Shown here: in pieces, positions 1-13,788 of the stretch | How positions within the stretch are numbered: position 1 is the stretch's first letter | Layout of the letters: the number at the start of each line of letters is the position of its first letter | Assembly: GCF_009914755.1 (NCBI RefSeq) | Contig: NC_060930.1 | DNA from: the human T2T-CHM13v2.0 reference genome, Homo sapiens | Length of the DNA stretch: 64,000 nucleotides | Strand: one strand, 5' to 3' | Translations under genes and position numbers: made by a program | Notes under the pieces: generated by a model | Seen by the model: only the letters and a program-made list of their open reading frames with translations | The model's database searches: none | What the model was told of the DNA's origin: nothing

Positions 1-1
1 G

Positions 2-385
<384 letters not shown>

Positions 386-1184
386 TAACTTTTATGTAAA
401 GTGTATCCCAGCACACCCCTTATAAATATGGATTCTGCTTCCTTCTTTCTTCATGCTCAAAGACATAAAACTCTTGAGCAACAAGGCTAGGAATGTATCT
501 GAATTCAAATTCAGATACATTTATTTTAAAGACCGTAAGCAATTTTTATTTCTGCAGAGGGGATGACAAGGTCACTCTGAGAGCTTACCAAGAACAGAAA
601 GTGGAGAGAGCTCAGAGGCAGGAAATCTGCCGTGGGTCGGCCTGCCTACCTCCAATGAGTTGTGTTGTAACAGCCTGCAAGATACTACTTATCAAGGAAA
701 TCATTTTTTACACCTCTTTTTTGCTGATTATAAAAATATGTCTAGGTGCTGAATGCAGGGAAGCAGGGCTTTGCAGAGGCTTAGGCTGAGGAGATTTCTC
801 ATTCTAAATGACACAAATTCCTAAACAGAAATTAGGCATATTATTTCACAGAGATTGAGATTATAAAACATGCCATTTCTGGAAAAAAAAATAAAGTAAT
901 GCCTGCTAATGACGGGGAAAGGGAGAATAAGCAAAATGTTAAAATTTTGGTGCATTCACATCCAGTATCTATCAACACATGTATGTTGTGTATTTGCATG
1001 GAACTCTACTCTTCTAAAGTAACTTAAATTGTTTGTTAACAAATTTTTTTAGACTCTTAGCCTGTATTCCTGGATATGTTTGTTATTTCCAATTTTTTAC
1101 CACTATAATATTGCAATGAGTAACCTCGTACATAAATTTGGCAAAGCCATTTCAGAAATATTTTCTAGGCACACTTAGGGCATG

Positions 1185-1392
1185 TTGTGAGTGTTTACAA
1201 CGTGCCAGTGTGCACTATTTTATTAGCATTATCAGCTCAATCCTTGCCCACATCCCATGGTGTATCTTTGATTACTATTGCCTTTTACAGATAGGAAAAC
1301 TGAGCAGAAGAAAGATTAATCCACTTGCCTTAATTCCTACAAAATTTACAGAGCCAGGGTTTGAATAGTCTATCTCCAGAGCCTAGACTTTT
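1185..1392 (-). mobile_element. MIR SINE relic
   Basis: MIR core TTTTACAGATAGGAAAACTGAG followed by AGAGCCAGGGTTTGAA; boundaries approximate. Confidence 0.7.
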
Positions 1393-2216
1393 ACTAAGAA
1401 CATTGCCACAATTGCCTTGTCTCCTGATATTCAGATGAAAGGGGATTTCCCTTCACATCAGATGTAGCGTATAGAAGCCTCCCAATTAGAGAGTCCAGCT
1501 GGGATAACCTGGAAACACTCTGGAATCTGGAGTTATCCTTGGGTTGCCCTAGGTCCACAATGACCACAAAGCCTATGATGTGCACCAAAGTCCACCCCCG
1601 AGTCCAGCTCCTGAGTCCATCATGCACAATAGAAAGGACATTTATTTCAAGATCCCTAACAACACACAACCTGATAAAGCCACACTGCAGACAATTCTGC
1701 AAGCCTTTCCTCTGAAGTTGATTTTTCATCTTGTTGCTTCAGAGCATGTGTCATTCTTGACTAAATTTCTCTTCCTCCCATTTTTGCACAGGCTGATTTG
1801 TAATCCTCAAAGTTAACACAAAGTTACCCTGTGAAGAGTAAACCTATTGGGAAAACACACTAAAGCTTCATAGTCAGATTATAATTAGTTTCTGTGGAGG
1901 AAAAAAGAATGACAAAAGCTACAAAAACAAGTTGTTAGTAACACCCAACTTTATGTTGAAGATGAGACAGTACATTCTGTGCTCACATATGCAGAAAGAG
2001 GCAAACAAAATATGGTAGAGGGAGTCTCAAAAAGGAACCTCTGCCATCTTCAGAACTGAAAGCAGGATGTGTAAAGGAAAACGAATGACCTGAAAGGAGT
2101 TTTCATATAGTGTAGCCCACGAAGGCCAAGGCGGGAAACAGCATGCAGCCAGAGAGGGGAGAGAGGGTATAATGAGATACAGCTGAAGAAGGGAAAATTC
2201 TAGATGCCTATCAGAG

Positions 2217-2406
2217 ACTTCCTGGCAGTGAGAACTGCTGGATTTGAGAATGGCCTCCCAAGGGAAAGGCGGGAAGCTCCCTCACTCAGGACACTGGAAA
2301 CCGGACAGAGCCAAACAGTAGTGGCTCTGCTGAAGGAGGAAACCTGCAAACAGAGGATGAACCAGATAACCTGCAAGGCCGTTTCTTTCTGGATTCTCTT
2401 TGATTA
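2217..2406 (+). mobile_element. CR1/L3-type LINE 3' end relic
   Basis: ACTTCCTGGCAGTGAG...GAATGGCCTCCCAAGGGA...GATGAACCAGATAACCTGCAAGG...GGATTCT resembles the L3 3' terminus; highly diverged. Confidence 0.55.
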
Positions 2407-2803
2407 TAGTAATATAATCCTGCAGGGATGTAGGAAAAGTTGCAGGGGGTGCTTTGCTTTAAATTTTTGAGTGAACTTAATTCTGATGGTTGGTGCTGGA
2501 CTGACATCCTAAGAGACAAAAACTCTCTATTCATCCATACAATGGATACAACTTTGACAGGGATACCTTTCTCCACTGGGCTTTACCAAATGTGTCCCCA
2601 GTCCAGGTATTAAAGTAGAAGGGAAAGCTGGATCCTTTCACCATCTGACTCATTGCTTCTCTTCATAGCTTCACCACAACAAAAGAGTATTGGTTATAAA
2701 GATTGGCTCTCAGACTGAATACCCTGCACTCCGCCCCCACCTAACAACTCAAATGTTACATTGTGAAGAGGCCACACAGAACTTTTAAAAGCACCTATCT
2801 GAA

Positions 2804-2938
2804 GGCCAGGCATGGTGGCTCACACCTGTAATCCCAGCAATTTTGGAGGCCAAGAGGAGAGGATGGCTTGAGCCCAGGAGTTCAAGACCAGCCTGACCAA
2901 CATGGTGAGACTGTATCTCTACAAAAAAAGAAAAAAAA
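2804..2938 (+). mobile_element. Free left Alu monomer (FLAM_C-like)
   Basis: GGCCAGGCATGGTGGCTCAC...GCTTGAGCCCAGGAGTTCAAGACC...TCTCTAC plus A tail; no right arm. Confidence 0.9.
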
Positions 2939-5599
2939 TTAACGGATCCATCTGGGAGGCATCAAATTGAGGCAAACCACTTTCAAAGAATGGTATGTAG
3001 TAGCAAGCCTAGGTCTCTTATTCTCTTTTCTGCATGAACATATGTCAAAAAGGATGGATGGATAGATGGATTTGGATATAATTACTACATACCTTTTGCT
3101 TCTGGGTCTGGAATAAGAAGTTTTAATATAGCATCCTTTTCCCTTTCTTGTCCTTCTTTATCTTCCATCTCCCTTTCATACTTTCCTTCCAAAGGATAAT
3201 TTTTATCCTCCCTCAAATTTGCTCAGAACACGCCAGGATAAGAGATCTCAGTTACGAGAAGTTCGAGTAAATATCTTCACCTGCCAGACTCTCTGCCAAT
3301 TGATGCAGATCCCTTGAACATGCTCCTGCATCTCTCCTGAGTTGCTGGTTTCTTATTTTCTTTACTTGCATTTTTGCAGAAGTAACCTCAAAGTGCCAAG
3401 AAAGTTCTGCACATAAACCAAACAGTAACATTCATCTGAGATGCAGCTCTTTGATCTCCTCTTCCAAGTATGTGTAAATCTGAACGTTTTATTTTCTGTA
3501 TTTCTCCTCTACCCAAGCCCAGCAATATCGACACAGCTACATAGCTGACTATCTCCCTATTATATGAAGGCTTGGTCTCACTACATACCAGTGCAAATTT
3601 TTTAATCTGCCTTTCTAGTCCCAAATCTCCAGAGCAGGTGGGAGGAGAATGTATGCAACCTTTTCATTTTCACCAGGTATGTAGACCTGACCAGACATAC
3701 CTTCCATCTATATGGATGCAAACCTCACAGAGGCAAAACCCTCAATTCAGACAATGGTATAGGCGTGCGGTCAAGTTTGCCCTAGGTCCAAGTACTGATC
3801 TCAGGGATATTAGCAATAAAGGGAAGACCCAGTTTGCCCCTCATTTTATGAAACGATTTTAAACAAAATTCCCTGCATATTCTGAGAATGAATATATTTA
3901 ATCATTAATTTCCTATAGAAGGTTTCTATTACACAGCAATAGACTCGGAGAAAAACAAGGCCTCACGAGCGGCCCCGCAGGGTTTGGATGGCGTTCTAGC
4001 CAAAGCTTGCCCACAGAGGTTGGAACTTGTTTTTCCCCTCTATGTTTAAGTAATCAAAAGAACATCTACTCAGTGAAAGAGAGAGAACTGAATTTGTCAG
4101 GAAGTAGTTGTTGCCTCTGATTTCCTGCTCCTTTATTAGAGACAAAAGCCTGCTATATAGTTACTTGCAATTGGTATATGGTGTGCATTGGCAGACCACA
4201 ATGTAGGTGAGTAATGAATCCTGTGGGAATCTGAATGACCTGACCCAAGACCCCACTCACTAGTGAGCAGACAACCTGGAGCCTGAAAACACATTGTTTT
4301 CAAGTTAGCGAAAGGCAATTTTTAAAAAATTAAAATCCCAGAAAAATAGAACACAATGACAGCCCAACACAGAGTGATTATTTTCATGGCTAATAAAAAG
4401 AAAATGATTCAACACATACAATGCCCAAGGGTAAGGCATGACCAAGTGTAAGAAATGCACCTCAGTGAATAATTACCTTCTTGAATCCACTGACCCAAAG
4501 ATCTCCTGCTTCAGGACTTGTATATCTCCACACCTGAACCAACTAGCGGGAGAAAGTTTCCTTGAAAAAGTACCTGATGTAAACCTGTAATATAGTAGAG
4601 CCATGATAACCTCTTCATGGCTCCTGGAATAAATGTATCACTCTATCTACCGACACGTCTGCTTCAACTCAGCGTCAGTACATTGACTCCCTTGTACTTC
4701 CAACACTGAAGGAGAATTATCGCTTTGTTAATTGTTCAATCCTCAAACAGGAACACAGTTTGCCAAGAGTGCCTCTCTCGAACGACAGAACCTCACCCCC
4801 TGCCAAAGCGCAGGATGACTAGCATAGACTGTGTACTGCCACTCAATGAGTTCTAACACCCTTAACGGGGTGGTGGTGGCCTTGCATGACCATGTCTAGC
4901 TCACTGGCCACAGAATGTCTGATGTAGTATCCTGGGTCTTTCACACAGGGGCCAGGTTTTTGGCCAAAAGGACCTGATCTCTCTCTTTGTACTCAATCAT
5001 TTCCACCTGGTTTTTGTTTTCATTTTAACTCTCTCATAAGGAGACGTCCCAGCTGGGTCATCAACATAGTAAAGAAGCATTTATTCTGAACAAATAACAT
5101 AATTCATAGGTATATATTGACTTTGTCTGTTGCCCCAGAGATTCTTTGTGTCCATACCCTGAAGCCATTTCAACATAACCCAGTCCAATATAACTTGGGA
5201 TGCCAGGGCCAATTCTGGACATGAAGGAGCAGGTTCTCTCAAAGCCTTCTTGATTTGAACTCCGACTGAGGGAATCTATGAAAGCTCATCCACAGGCCTC
5301 CGAGATACCATCTGCCCCATGACTTAATTTGAAATTTCTTCCTATGGGAGCCCAAGCATGACCAGAAGGCAGGTCATGGTTAAAATGTTCATAGCCAACT
5401 AAACAACGGTCTGCTTGTTCTCTCCCATGAGTGACCAACCTTAACCATCCCCTCATTTCCATCCATAAAATTTTTCTATTATTTCGCAGAAATAACCTTT
5501 GAAATTTGTTTTATTTTACAAAATAGCTCTCAGACACGATTTTTAGAACACTTGCAGGACTTGCACACATGTGGTCTTCTCTTCTTTTTAAAGCCACTT

Positions 5600-6108
5600 A
5601 GTGACTTTACATGACTGTAATGTTTTGTTTATTACTCTTTGTGAGGAGAGCTGGGCTTGGTGGCTCATCTCTGATCCCAGTGCCATCCCCGTTGGGCAGC
5701 TGGGAATTGAGACTCTTCTTCTGTCATTATTGGCTGTTAAAATGTCTGATGCTTCAGTGCTCCTTGGCCTATCTCTCTCTCCACATGCTGTCTCAGCCTC
5801 CAGGGCCTATCCATATGGTTTGGACTTTTCATGAATGATGATCTTGAGTAGTTGGACTTCTTACATGGTACTTAGAATTCAGAGAAAAAATCATCCCAAG
5901 AGACTCAAATGGAAGCTTCGAGGCTTCTTATGAGTAAGGCTCAGAAATCCCTGAAAATTACTTCTATTTAGTTCCAGTAGTCAAACAAGTCACTAAAGTC
6001 AGTCCAGTTTCAAAGGAATTGGAGAAATAGATTCCACTTCTTGGCTGGGGAATGACATGTAAGAATAGAAAGAATTGATGGTAGCCATCTTGTATATAAA
6101 CTACCACA
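5600..6108 (-). mobile_element. MaLR solo LTR (MLT1G/H-like)
   Basis: Minus strand begins TGTGGTAG...AAGATGGCTACC; internal GGACTTCTTACATGG and CAAGTCACTAA blocks typical of MLT1; left boundary approximate. Confidence 0.75.
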
Positions 6109-6624
6109 GAGGGAATGCAACTCTTCCTCTAGCATTATGTTTTTCCACAAAGGTGTGAAAGCAGTGCTGTTTGCTCCCTGGTTTCTTATAAAGCTTTGTT
6201 TTTACGAGGTTTTTTTTTTTTTCATTTATAGCTCCATTTATTCATAGGCTTCAGATGTAAATCCATGAGAGTCTGGACTCATGAATGTTGTAAGTGACAA
6301 ACACTATGCTTTACTCAGAAACTCTTCCCTGCTAATAAGGTATTATAGAACTAAGCTTGTCTGTTGAATTTGTTCTTCCTTTGAGATAACTTCTCTTCAA
6401 GGATGCTTCTTAGTTCCCTCAAACGCTGGAAGGTCCATCTTGCCAGGGCACCAGACATGCATGGACATTCCAGACTCCAAATGGTGACTGTAGCCTGGGC
6501 TCAAACAGAGACCACTGCTGCACAAGTTATTTCAGCACAGAGCCTGGCATGTGGGAGACGTTCAACAAGCATTAGTTCCCATCTTCTTCTCTTCTCTCTA
6601 TACAGGGAGACCTAAGTTACATAT

Positions 6625-6750
6625 CAGTTTATGATTCCCATCTACAGATGATAAAACTGAGGCTCGGAGAAGTTAACAGGTCCGATCAAGTTCATGTAAC
6701 CAGTATGTGAAGGAATTGAAACTTGAGCCCAGTCTTCTGATGCTTAGTTT
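6625..6750 (-). mobile_element. MIR SINE relic
   Basis: CCCATCTACAGATGATAAAACTGAGGCTCGGAGAAGTTAA core. Confidence 0.75.
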
Positions 6751-8354
6751 AGAGTTATTTCAGTTCCAAGGATTACAAGGGCAAGTTTACTACCTGAATT
6801 CAAAGGTATAAAATTGAGAGCAGATTCTTCAGTGGAAAAGAATATAGCAGTAAGAAAATGGGATGCCAGGGTTGGTACAGATAAGTATTGAAATAGAAGT
6901 AGCGTATCATAAAATTACACCACCCATTCACCAGTTTTGCCTGGAGCCAGCCTTATTATATTTTCCAGAAATATATCAGAGGGTTTACTCTTACAAATAC
7001 ATACTAATGATACTGTCTTAAGTTCTTCAGGCTAGTAAATAATTTTTAGCTTTGTGCTGCGCACTCCAAGTCCCCTTTAATCCCTCATGTCCTGCTTACA
7101 GTTAATGGAATGCAAAATTCCATCTTGCCCTGTTCTTCAGATCTCCCAGCAGGACGTCACTGCTGTGTATCAGTTACTAGGTGTGGGTTTCCTTTTGCAC
7201 CAGCTTGTCTGCCTTCCGAGTGATGAAACGAAGCTTTCCCCAAGGAGAGAACCCAACATTATTTCCTCCTGCCTGGTCAGCTTCCACTGAAAGCCTGTGG
7301 CAGCCTTTGCTTCCAGCAACAACAGGCTGGTATCCATAACAAAGGCAGCCAGAGGCTGTGATCTGGCCGTCTTCAACTCTGTCATTTAGCCAACATGGTT
7401 TCCTAGCCTTGTCCCAGATACTATGCCTCTGGTCTTTGGTTGCCCTACTACCTGGCATACATTTAGGTGTCAGCAGACAAGATGAGCCTAAGTTCCCATC
7501 TCCTTGACTCAAGAGATCTGTGACTGTGCTGAATAAAGTTTACTTCCTTTACTGAAATTACCAGAAGACATCTGCAAAGAGGTCAAGTCACTGTAGGTCA
7601 TAATCATAATATATTCACTTTTGGAGGCAAAATGCAAAAATGCTGCTCAGAATTAAGACATTTTTTACACATCCTGGAGCAAGAAGCAAACAAGTGCTTT
7701 AAATTCTGTGATGACTTTATTTTAAATTGTGTCACTTTTACACTGCACTTATTAAAATAAATGTGTTGAAAATTCTGGAGAGAAGACCAGTGTGAGAATT
7801 CCACCCTTGAATTAATGTAACTGTTTTCTCCTAGAGAAATATGCCCAGTAGGACCTGGCATTAAAATGAGAATAACTTCAGCCCTGCAGACAACCTCTTC
7901 AACGTTAGTGTCACCAAAGCAGGGAGGGGACACAATGAAAACAAATATACCATATTCACTTATCTAAAATAGAGTATAACACATCAGCCACAGCCAATTC
8001 ATTCTATTCACTTTGAAAATAATGTAAATTATGTAGAGTCATCATAAAAAGAAGGAAAATAATCAAATAAAAAAGACAAAATTAAACTCACATATAATCA
8101 CACTATCTTGACATAACCACTGTAAATGATTTGGGATATATATTCTTCCAAACCTTGCCCTGTGTGTATGTATATATATATCGTTTTAACAAAATTAAGC
8201 TGCCTACAATTTGTAATTTTCTATCTATACTTAATAGAACATAATTTTCTATGTTGAAAAATGTACATCTACATTGCAAAATATCACCTATTTTTAATTA
8301 TAAAGGGGAAAATGTGCCTTTATAATAAAAGCATCTGTTATCCTCCAGCCAGCG

Positions 8355-8940
8355 AAGCTTGACTTTGCCAGTAATTTGGTGGCCTGATACTATATGCTTC
8401 CTGATGCAATGTAGTGAGAAGTATGCACATCGCCTATTAAGTGTTCTTGCCTAAAATGTTTAACCAATTCTAATCATGATGAAACAAGCTAATCCAAGAT
8501 GTTGGGCATTCTGCATAATGGTTATCCTGGACTTCCCAAAGGATTTGAAGTCATCAAAGAATAGAGGAGACAGTGTTCAAAGATTGAGAGCTACTAAGGA
8601 TATATAATAGTTAACGTCATGAGTAAAATTTCATTGGAATTTGAATCAGAAAAAAAAAGCTATAAGGAATATTTTAGGACAATTTAAGTATGTTTGCAAA
8701 TGATCTTATTGAATCCATGATTATTTTCTTAGGTGTGGTAATGGTGTTGTGAGAGAGAATACTCTTACTCTTGAAAGGAGTGCCAAATGAAGTATTAAGA
8801 GGTGAAATTTCATGACATTGGTACACTACTTTCAGAAGGCTGGGCCAAAAAGAAGAACCTATCCACAGAGACATGTTGTTAACACATATTCACTGCACCA
8901 TTCCTTCAAGTTTTTGGTGAGTTTGAAATATCTCAAAGTT
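8355..8940 (+). mobile_element. Old L1 (L1MC/L1ME) 3' UTR fragment
   Basis: TTCTTGCCTAAAATGTTTAACC...AATCATGATGAAACA...TTCTTAGGTGTGGTAATGGT...GAAGTATTAAGAGGTGAAAT motifs. Confidence 0.65.
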
Positions 8941-8984
8941 ATTTATAAGGCATATGTATGTAACATGTAAGCAGGCATATTTCT

Positions 8985-9105
8985 CCTTATTATTCTTTCA
9001 ACTTTTATTTTAGGTTCAGGAATACATGTGCAGGTTTGTTATGCAGGTAAAATCATGTCTCAGGAATTTGTGGTACAGATTTCTTGTCACCCCAGATACT
9101 AAGCC
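8985..9105 (-). mobile_element. L1PA13-16-like extreme 3' end (~120 bp) fused to the adjacent Alu
   Basis: TTTTATTTTAGGTTCAGG..TACATGTGCAGGTTTGTTA...GTACAGATTT...CCCAGATACTAAGC is the antisense L1PA 3' terminus. Confidence 0.85.
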
Positions 9106-9396
9106 TTTTTTTTTTTTTTGAAAGGGTTTTGCTCTGTTGCCCAAGTTGGAGTGCAATGGTGGGATCTCGGCTCACTACTCTCTGCCTCCCAGGTTCAAAT
9201 GATCCTCCTACCTCACCTCCCGAGTAGCTGGGACCACAGATGCACACCACCACATCCAGCTAATTTTTGCATTTTTTGTAGAGACAGGGTTTTGCCATGC
9301 TGCCCAGGCTAGTCTTGAACTCCTAGGCTCAAATAATCCACCCACCTCAGCCTCTCAAAGTGCTGGGATTATAGGCGAGAGCCATCACACCCAGCT
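9106..9396 (-). mobile_element. AluJ, full length
   Basis: Poly-T 9106-9119 then antisense dimer with J-type GATCCTCCTACCTC and GGCTCAA; right flank AGGCATATTTCT (9397-9408) repeats at 8973-8984. Confidence 0.92.
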
Positions 9397-11559
9397 AGGC
9401 ATATTTCTATCTCATCATATTTAATGACTAAATGAGATTCTATTATATCATAATCTATTTAACAAATCTCTGGTTTTCAACATTTCGTTGTTCCAATTTT
9501 TAACTAATATAAACAAGTTTCAAAGACAATTCTTGTAGTTGTTTGCATGTATTCTTCATTATTTATTTAGGATTAATTCCCAGAAGCAACTGCTCAATCA
9601 AGTTTATGAACATTTTTAAGGTTTTCAGCACTAACACCTGCAACCCAATTATTGGATTCAGCCCTGAATATTTTCTGTAACCCTCAAGCCCCAAAACCTG
9701 TTAATTCTCTTTAAAATTACTACAATTGTCATATGATAAGACTTCTAACACTGGTATTTTATTTCCCAAGTTGTTATAATTAGTGCTTTCACTCGTTGAC
9801 AACACTTAGTAAATTTTTTTGTATACCCATGGACATTTCAACTCTATACAAAACTGCTTTCATTGTAACCATAGAGAACCTAGGAACTGTCCATCATCTT
9901 TTCTTGTCCTGTTCATCTGCTCTAAAAATGTCTATCTTTATTATTGGCAGCAACACAACTTTGGTCATTGTCCCCAACAAAAGTGGCACTACCCTGGCCT
10001 GACCAGAGGTTAGACCCACCTAGCAGTGTACTGCAGCCTTGTGGCACTTTCCATGACAACCACTCTGGAGGACAAGGAGTCCGGGTGCTGCCATGGTCTC
10101 GACCACTATCTCCAGGAAGTCATCTTCCAACAAACACTTACTAGTTGATACACACATCACTACATCACACTTATTAAGCAGTATTACGAAGTGCTATTAA
10201 GTGTTATTAGCACTATTAGTGTTACTAAGCGCTGTGAGAGCAAACCCTAGCCAAACACTTTCAGAGCTGTTCCTCACAGGTTTGGTCTATTTAACAAGCC
10301 AAGCTCATCGTTATCTAACACATTGAGATGCAGCCAGCTCCCTTTACTTGCTCTGTCTCTCACACATACACTCATTTTCCCCACACTAAAGCATGTGCAG
10401 AATATTCTCCAGGACCTCACTCTGGCTAAGTGACCAAAAAGGAAAGGAAAGTTAAGAAAAATATACATAGCCATTTTATGTAGTATATTTTTTGCCAGTA
10501 GAAGTAAAATCATTGACCCAAGAATCCAAACAAATTATGTTTTAGCTGGATCCCTTTCAAATAATAATAATAAAGAAAGTTTCAAATAACTGGAATGCAA
10601 GTTGCCATTTATGGAAGTGTTGAGATAAACTCATACCCATTTCAGGCTTCTCACAAGTTGTAGGATCAATATTTTCTGTTACCGGTTCTAATGTGGTATC
10701 CAAGCCCAAATCACGTTGACTAATAGCAGAAAGTTCATCCAAAGAAAACAGATAATGAGTTATATTAAAACCTTTCATCCCTTTCCAGAAGCAATTTTTT
10801 TCCTCAGCTCTCATGGGAGATCAGATTTCCAACCCCTCTTTGCAATGGTTTTGGCTGCTCCTCTCACACTGAAAGCACAGAGGCCTTGGTCCTTCCATTG
10901 ATTCATAAGTGCAACACCCTACTTCTCGGATACAGAGCCATCGCGGAATGTTCGCTGGAGTGAGGCAGCGTATGGAGCACATGGGACATGCAGACCCAGG
11001 TAAGGTGTACAGGAGGCCGGGATCACCTGCAATGACTGTAACCTCAGGCAAATCTCACAACTTTTCACAGCCATGGATTTCACATTTATGCTCTGGCAAC
11101 ATTACCTCAAACCCACACTGTGTGGATTATGTGGAGAACTCTATAAACTATAAAAGTTACACAACATTTATTATTTTGGTGTACTTTAATTCAAGGGACA
11201 GTATTTAGCACATTGAGATGGTCTTCTGATCTATTTTTAAGAAAAGGTCAGCTAACATGAGATCTAAGAAGAGTATTATTCTGAAGTTACCATTAAGCTA
11301 TAAGTCAAAAGACAAAATCTTGGTGTCAAAAAAATTGTTTGAAAATTTTACCAGTCAAAAATAATTTTTTATTAAATATATAAAATTTTCTATATTATGC
11401 AAAACCAAAAGATATGCACATTTAAATTTTACAGAAATTCAGAGGCACATTTATTTTACTTAGGTCACTGTTCGATGGGAGACCATATCCTGTACCCCTC
11501 TGCCAGGGGTGATGTATTATCTGGCTCAACCATGTGTCTGGAGTTGGGCCTCAGCAGAA

Positions 11560-11680
11560 ATAGCCTGCAGCTATTCCTCTTAAAAGTTATGTGACTTTGG
11601 GCAGTTAGTTTTCAACCCTGTGCCTGTTTCTTTATCTGCCCAATAGGGATAAAAATCCTTTACTTGCTCATCTGGTGACT
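11560..11680 (+). mobile_element. MIR SINE relic
   Basis: TATGTGACTTTGGGCAGTTA...TGTGCCTGTTTCTTTATCTG...AATAGGGATAAAAAT. Confidence 0.65.
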
Positions 11681-11699
11681 GATTTTTATAAAGAACTGA

Positions 11700-11913
11700 C
11701 GTCCTCGGCCCAAGGACTACCCCAGCTCCAGCACTCCCCATAGGAATAGCTAAGACTTTTATTGCAACATCTTTGTAATCCAGCTTCTTCTCTGCCTAAT
11801 CTTGCATTCTTTACCCCTCAAAGATATTGTTGCCAAGAACCCTTCCCAACACGCCCACTGTACACAAATCTCAGTGTATCAGAGTCTGATTCCTGGGAAC
11901 CCAAACTATAACA
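11700..11913 (+). mobile_element. ERVL LTR16-type solo LTR, 3' half
   Basis: Ends CACAAATCTCAG...TCAGAGTCTGATTCCTGGGAACCCAAACTATAACA, typical of the LTR16 terminus. Confidence 0.65.
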
Positions 11914-13658
11914 CCCCTTTTCAGGAAAAATGGACAAAATATCTATTCATAGAGGCTTGTAATGCTAAACATATCTTCTAGAGGTCATGCAAATCAGGTT
12001 AAACAACAAGAAAACCTTGGTGATCTAGTTTCTAACTCTTTCAACACCTTCTGTTCTGGAAGCTTAATTAGAGCAACTTAACTCAAGAGGGTAAGACAGT
12101 TTACCATGAATTGGTGGTCCTCACTCCCAGAAGCAATTCCAAGCATTTACTCTTTTCTCTAGATTTGCCTTTCCTTCCCATGTCAGTTATTCTTGCTTTC
12201 CCTTCCAAATATGCAAACCATCCATGTAATGAGATCTTGGTGTCTCCTCACCTGCAAGCATAGATTGCATGCCTGGCTCTGGCAACCCATGTTCTAACTT
12301 TATTTCTCGTTCAAGCTCTGTATACCATAGTCAACCCTATTTCCTCACTGCCTTGATCTTCAATAAAGATCAGAGAGCTATCCATCAGAGAGAATGGGAG
12401 AACTTCAAGGCAGACCTAAATTGGCTCAAAGAACAAGTGCCTCAAATGCTAGACGATGAGTTCATTTTTCAAAAAGAGATCCAAAGAACTCCTGAGTGGC
12501 ATATAAAACCCTATTTCTAGACATGGAGTCTTTCAGACTGTATTTAGCTCAGAACATTATCTCCTCCCATTTTACTACCAGTTTTTTGTTTATTGTCTCT
12601 GGAGTCTGGTTCTAGCAGCCATCCAAGAAAACTGTGGGAATGTCTCAAAGCTGTTGCTAGTTATTCACCTTCATCACTGCTTCTACATTCCTAAGACTCC
12701 AAGAGCCTCAGTCAATTAGGGAATAGTGGATAGTGACCATCTAGACACCGTTTGCCACAACTGCTGTGTTATGGCCCCAGCCTTGATTTTCCAGATAAAA
12801 GTGAAAGCCAAGTGTAAGGAAGTGTTCCCTTGAGAGTGCTCACCTTGGCTGAATAGGATCTTAGAAGCCCACAGGTCATAGGCTCAGTTCTTAAACTGTA
12901 GATTTCAGTAACAGCACAGACAAAACATTACTGGTTCATCTTGTTTTTAAAAGGGCTCAGAATATGTAAACTTTTAAATAAACACCACTATCCTATGATC
13001 CTCATTTTTGAAGTGCCTTTGTGAGAACTGTTCATTTTTTCTTCTGTTCTTGCCACACCAAAAGGGAGTTATGGTGTTGAACTCACTTCATGCCTGAGAC
13101 AGATCCATCCAAGAAGCAATACTTTGAACAATGTAAAGATGGCTATAAATGTTATATTGTATGTTTTCCCTCAGAACTTTAAAGAAATTCCAATATTTCT
13201 AGCTTGGTTGTTTGGATTTTTTCCCCCTGATTTGAGAGAGCTAGTTTCTCTCTCCCTCAACAAATTTCTTAGGAGGTCAAGATTTTTAATTATTTCTAGT
13301 CAGTAACAAAAAAAACCTAAGTGTACTTAAATGAATAAGATATTTACTTTTATGTTGTATACATATCACGGCTCCTCTTCAATTAAGGTAAATATATTTG
13401 CCTCTTTCTGTGGATTATTTTCCTAATTTTTCAGTGTCACATGATACTAAGTCATGGAGCAAAAAACAAATCCTTAAGTGTAGTTGGAATAGGACCGAGG
13501 AATCATTACTACTGTGTGCTGAAATCCCCTCATGATCAAGAATCAAAACTGACATATGATGAACTGAGCTAAAGGGTTAATAAGATGAATTTTTATCAGC
13601 GATGGGTTTAAACTGGATTTGGTTCTCCTGAATTTAGAATAAACCTAACTGAAAATGC

Positions 13659-13788
13659 TTTTTTCTTTTTTTGAGACAGACCCTCACTACATTGCCCAGG
13701 CTGGACTTGAATTCCTGGACTCAAGTGCTCCTCCCACCTCACCCTTCCAAGAATATGAGACCGCAGGCATGTTCTACCTTACTCAGCT
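13659..13788 (-). mobile_element. Alu monomer (FLAM-like), diverged
   Basis: TTGAGACAG...TTGCCCAGGCTGG...TCCTGGACTCAAGTG; single arm of ~130 bp. Confidence 0.8.

Noticed and set aside
3955-4000. Small CpG cluster (also 10925-11025)
   Set aside because: Far too short and sparse for a CpG island.
9623-9645. REST/RE1-like TTCAGCAC
   Set aside because: Left half-site only; no GGACAG right half.
11988-11995. Octamer ATGCAAAT (also near 14797 and 17692)
   Set aside because: Expected by chance in AT-rich DNA; no properly spaced adjacent SOX site seen.
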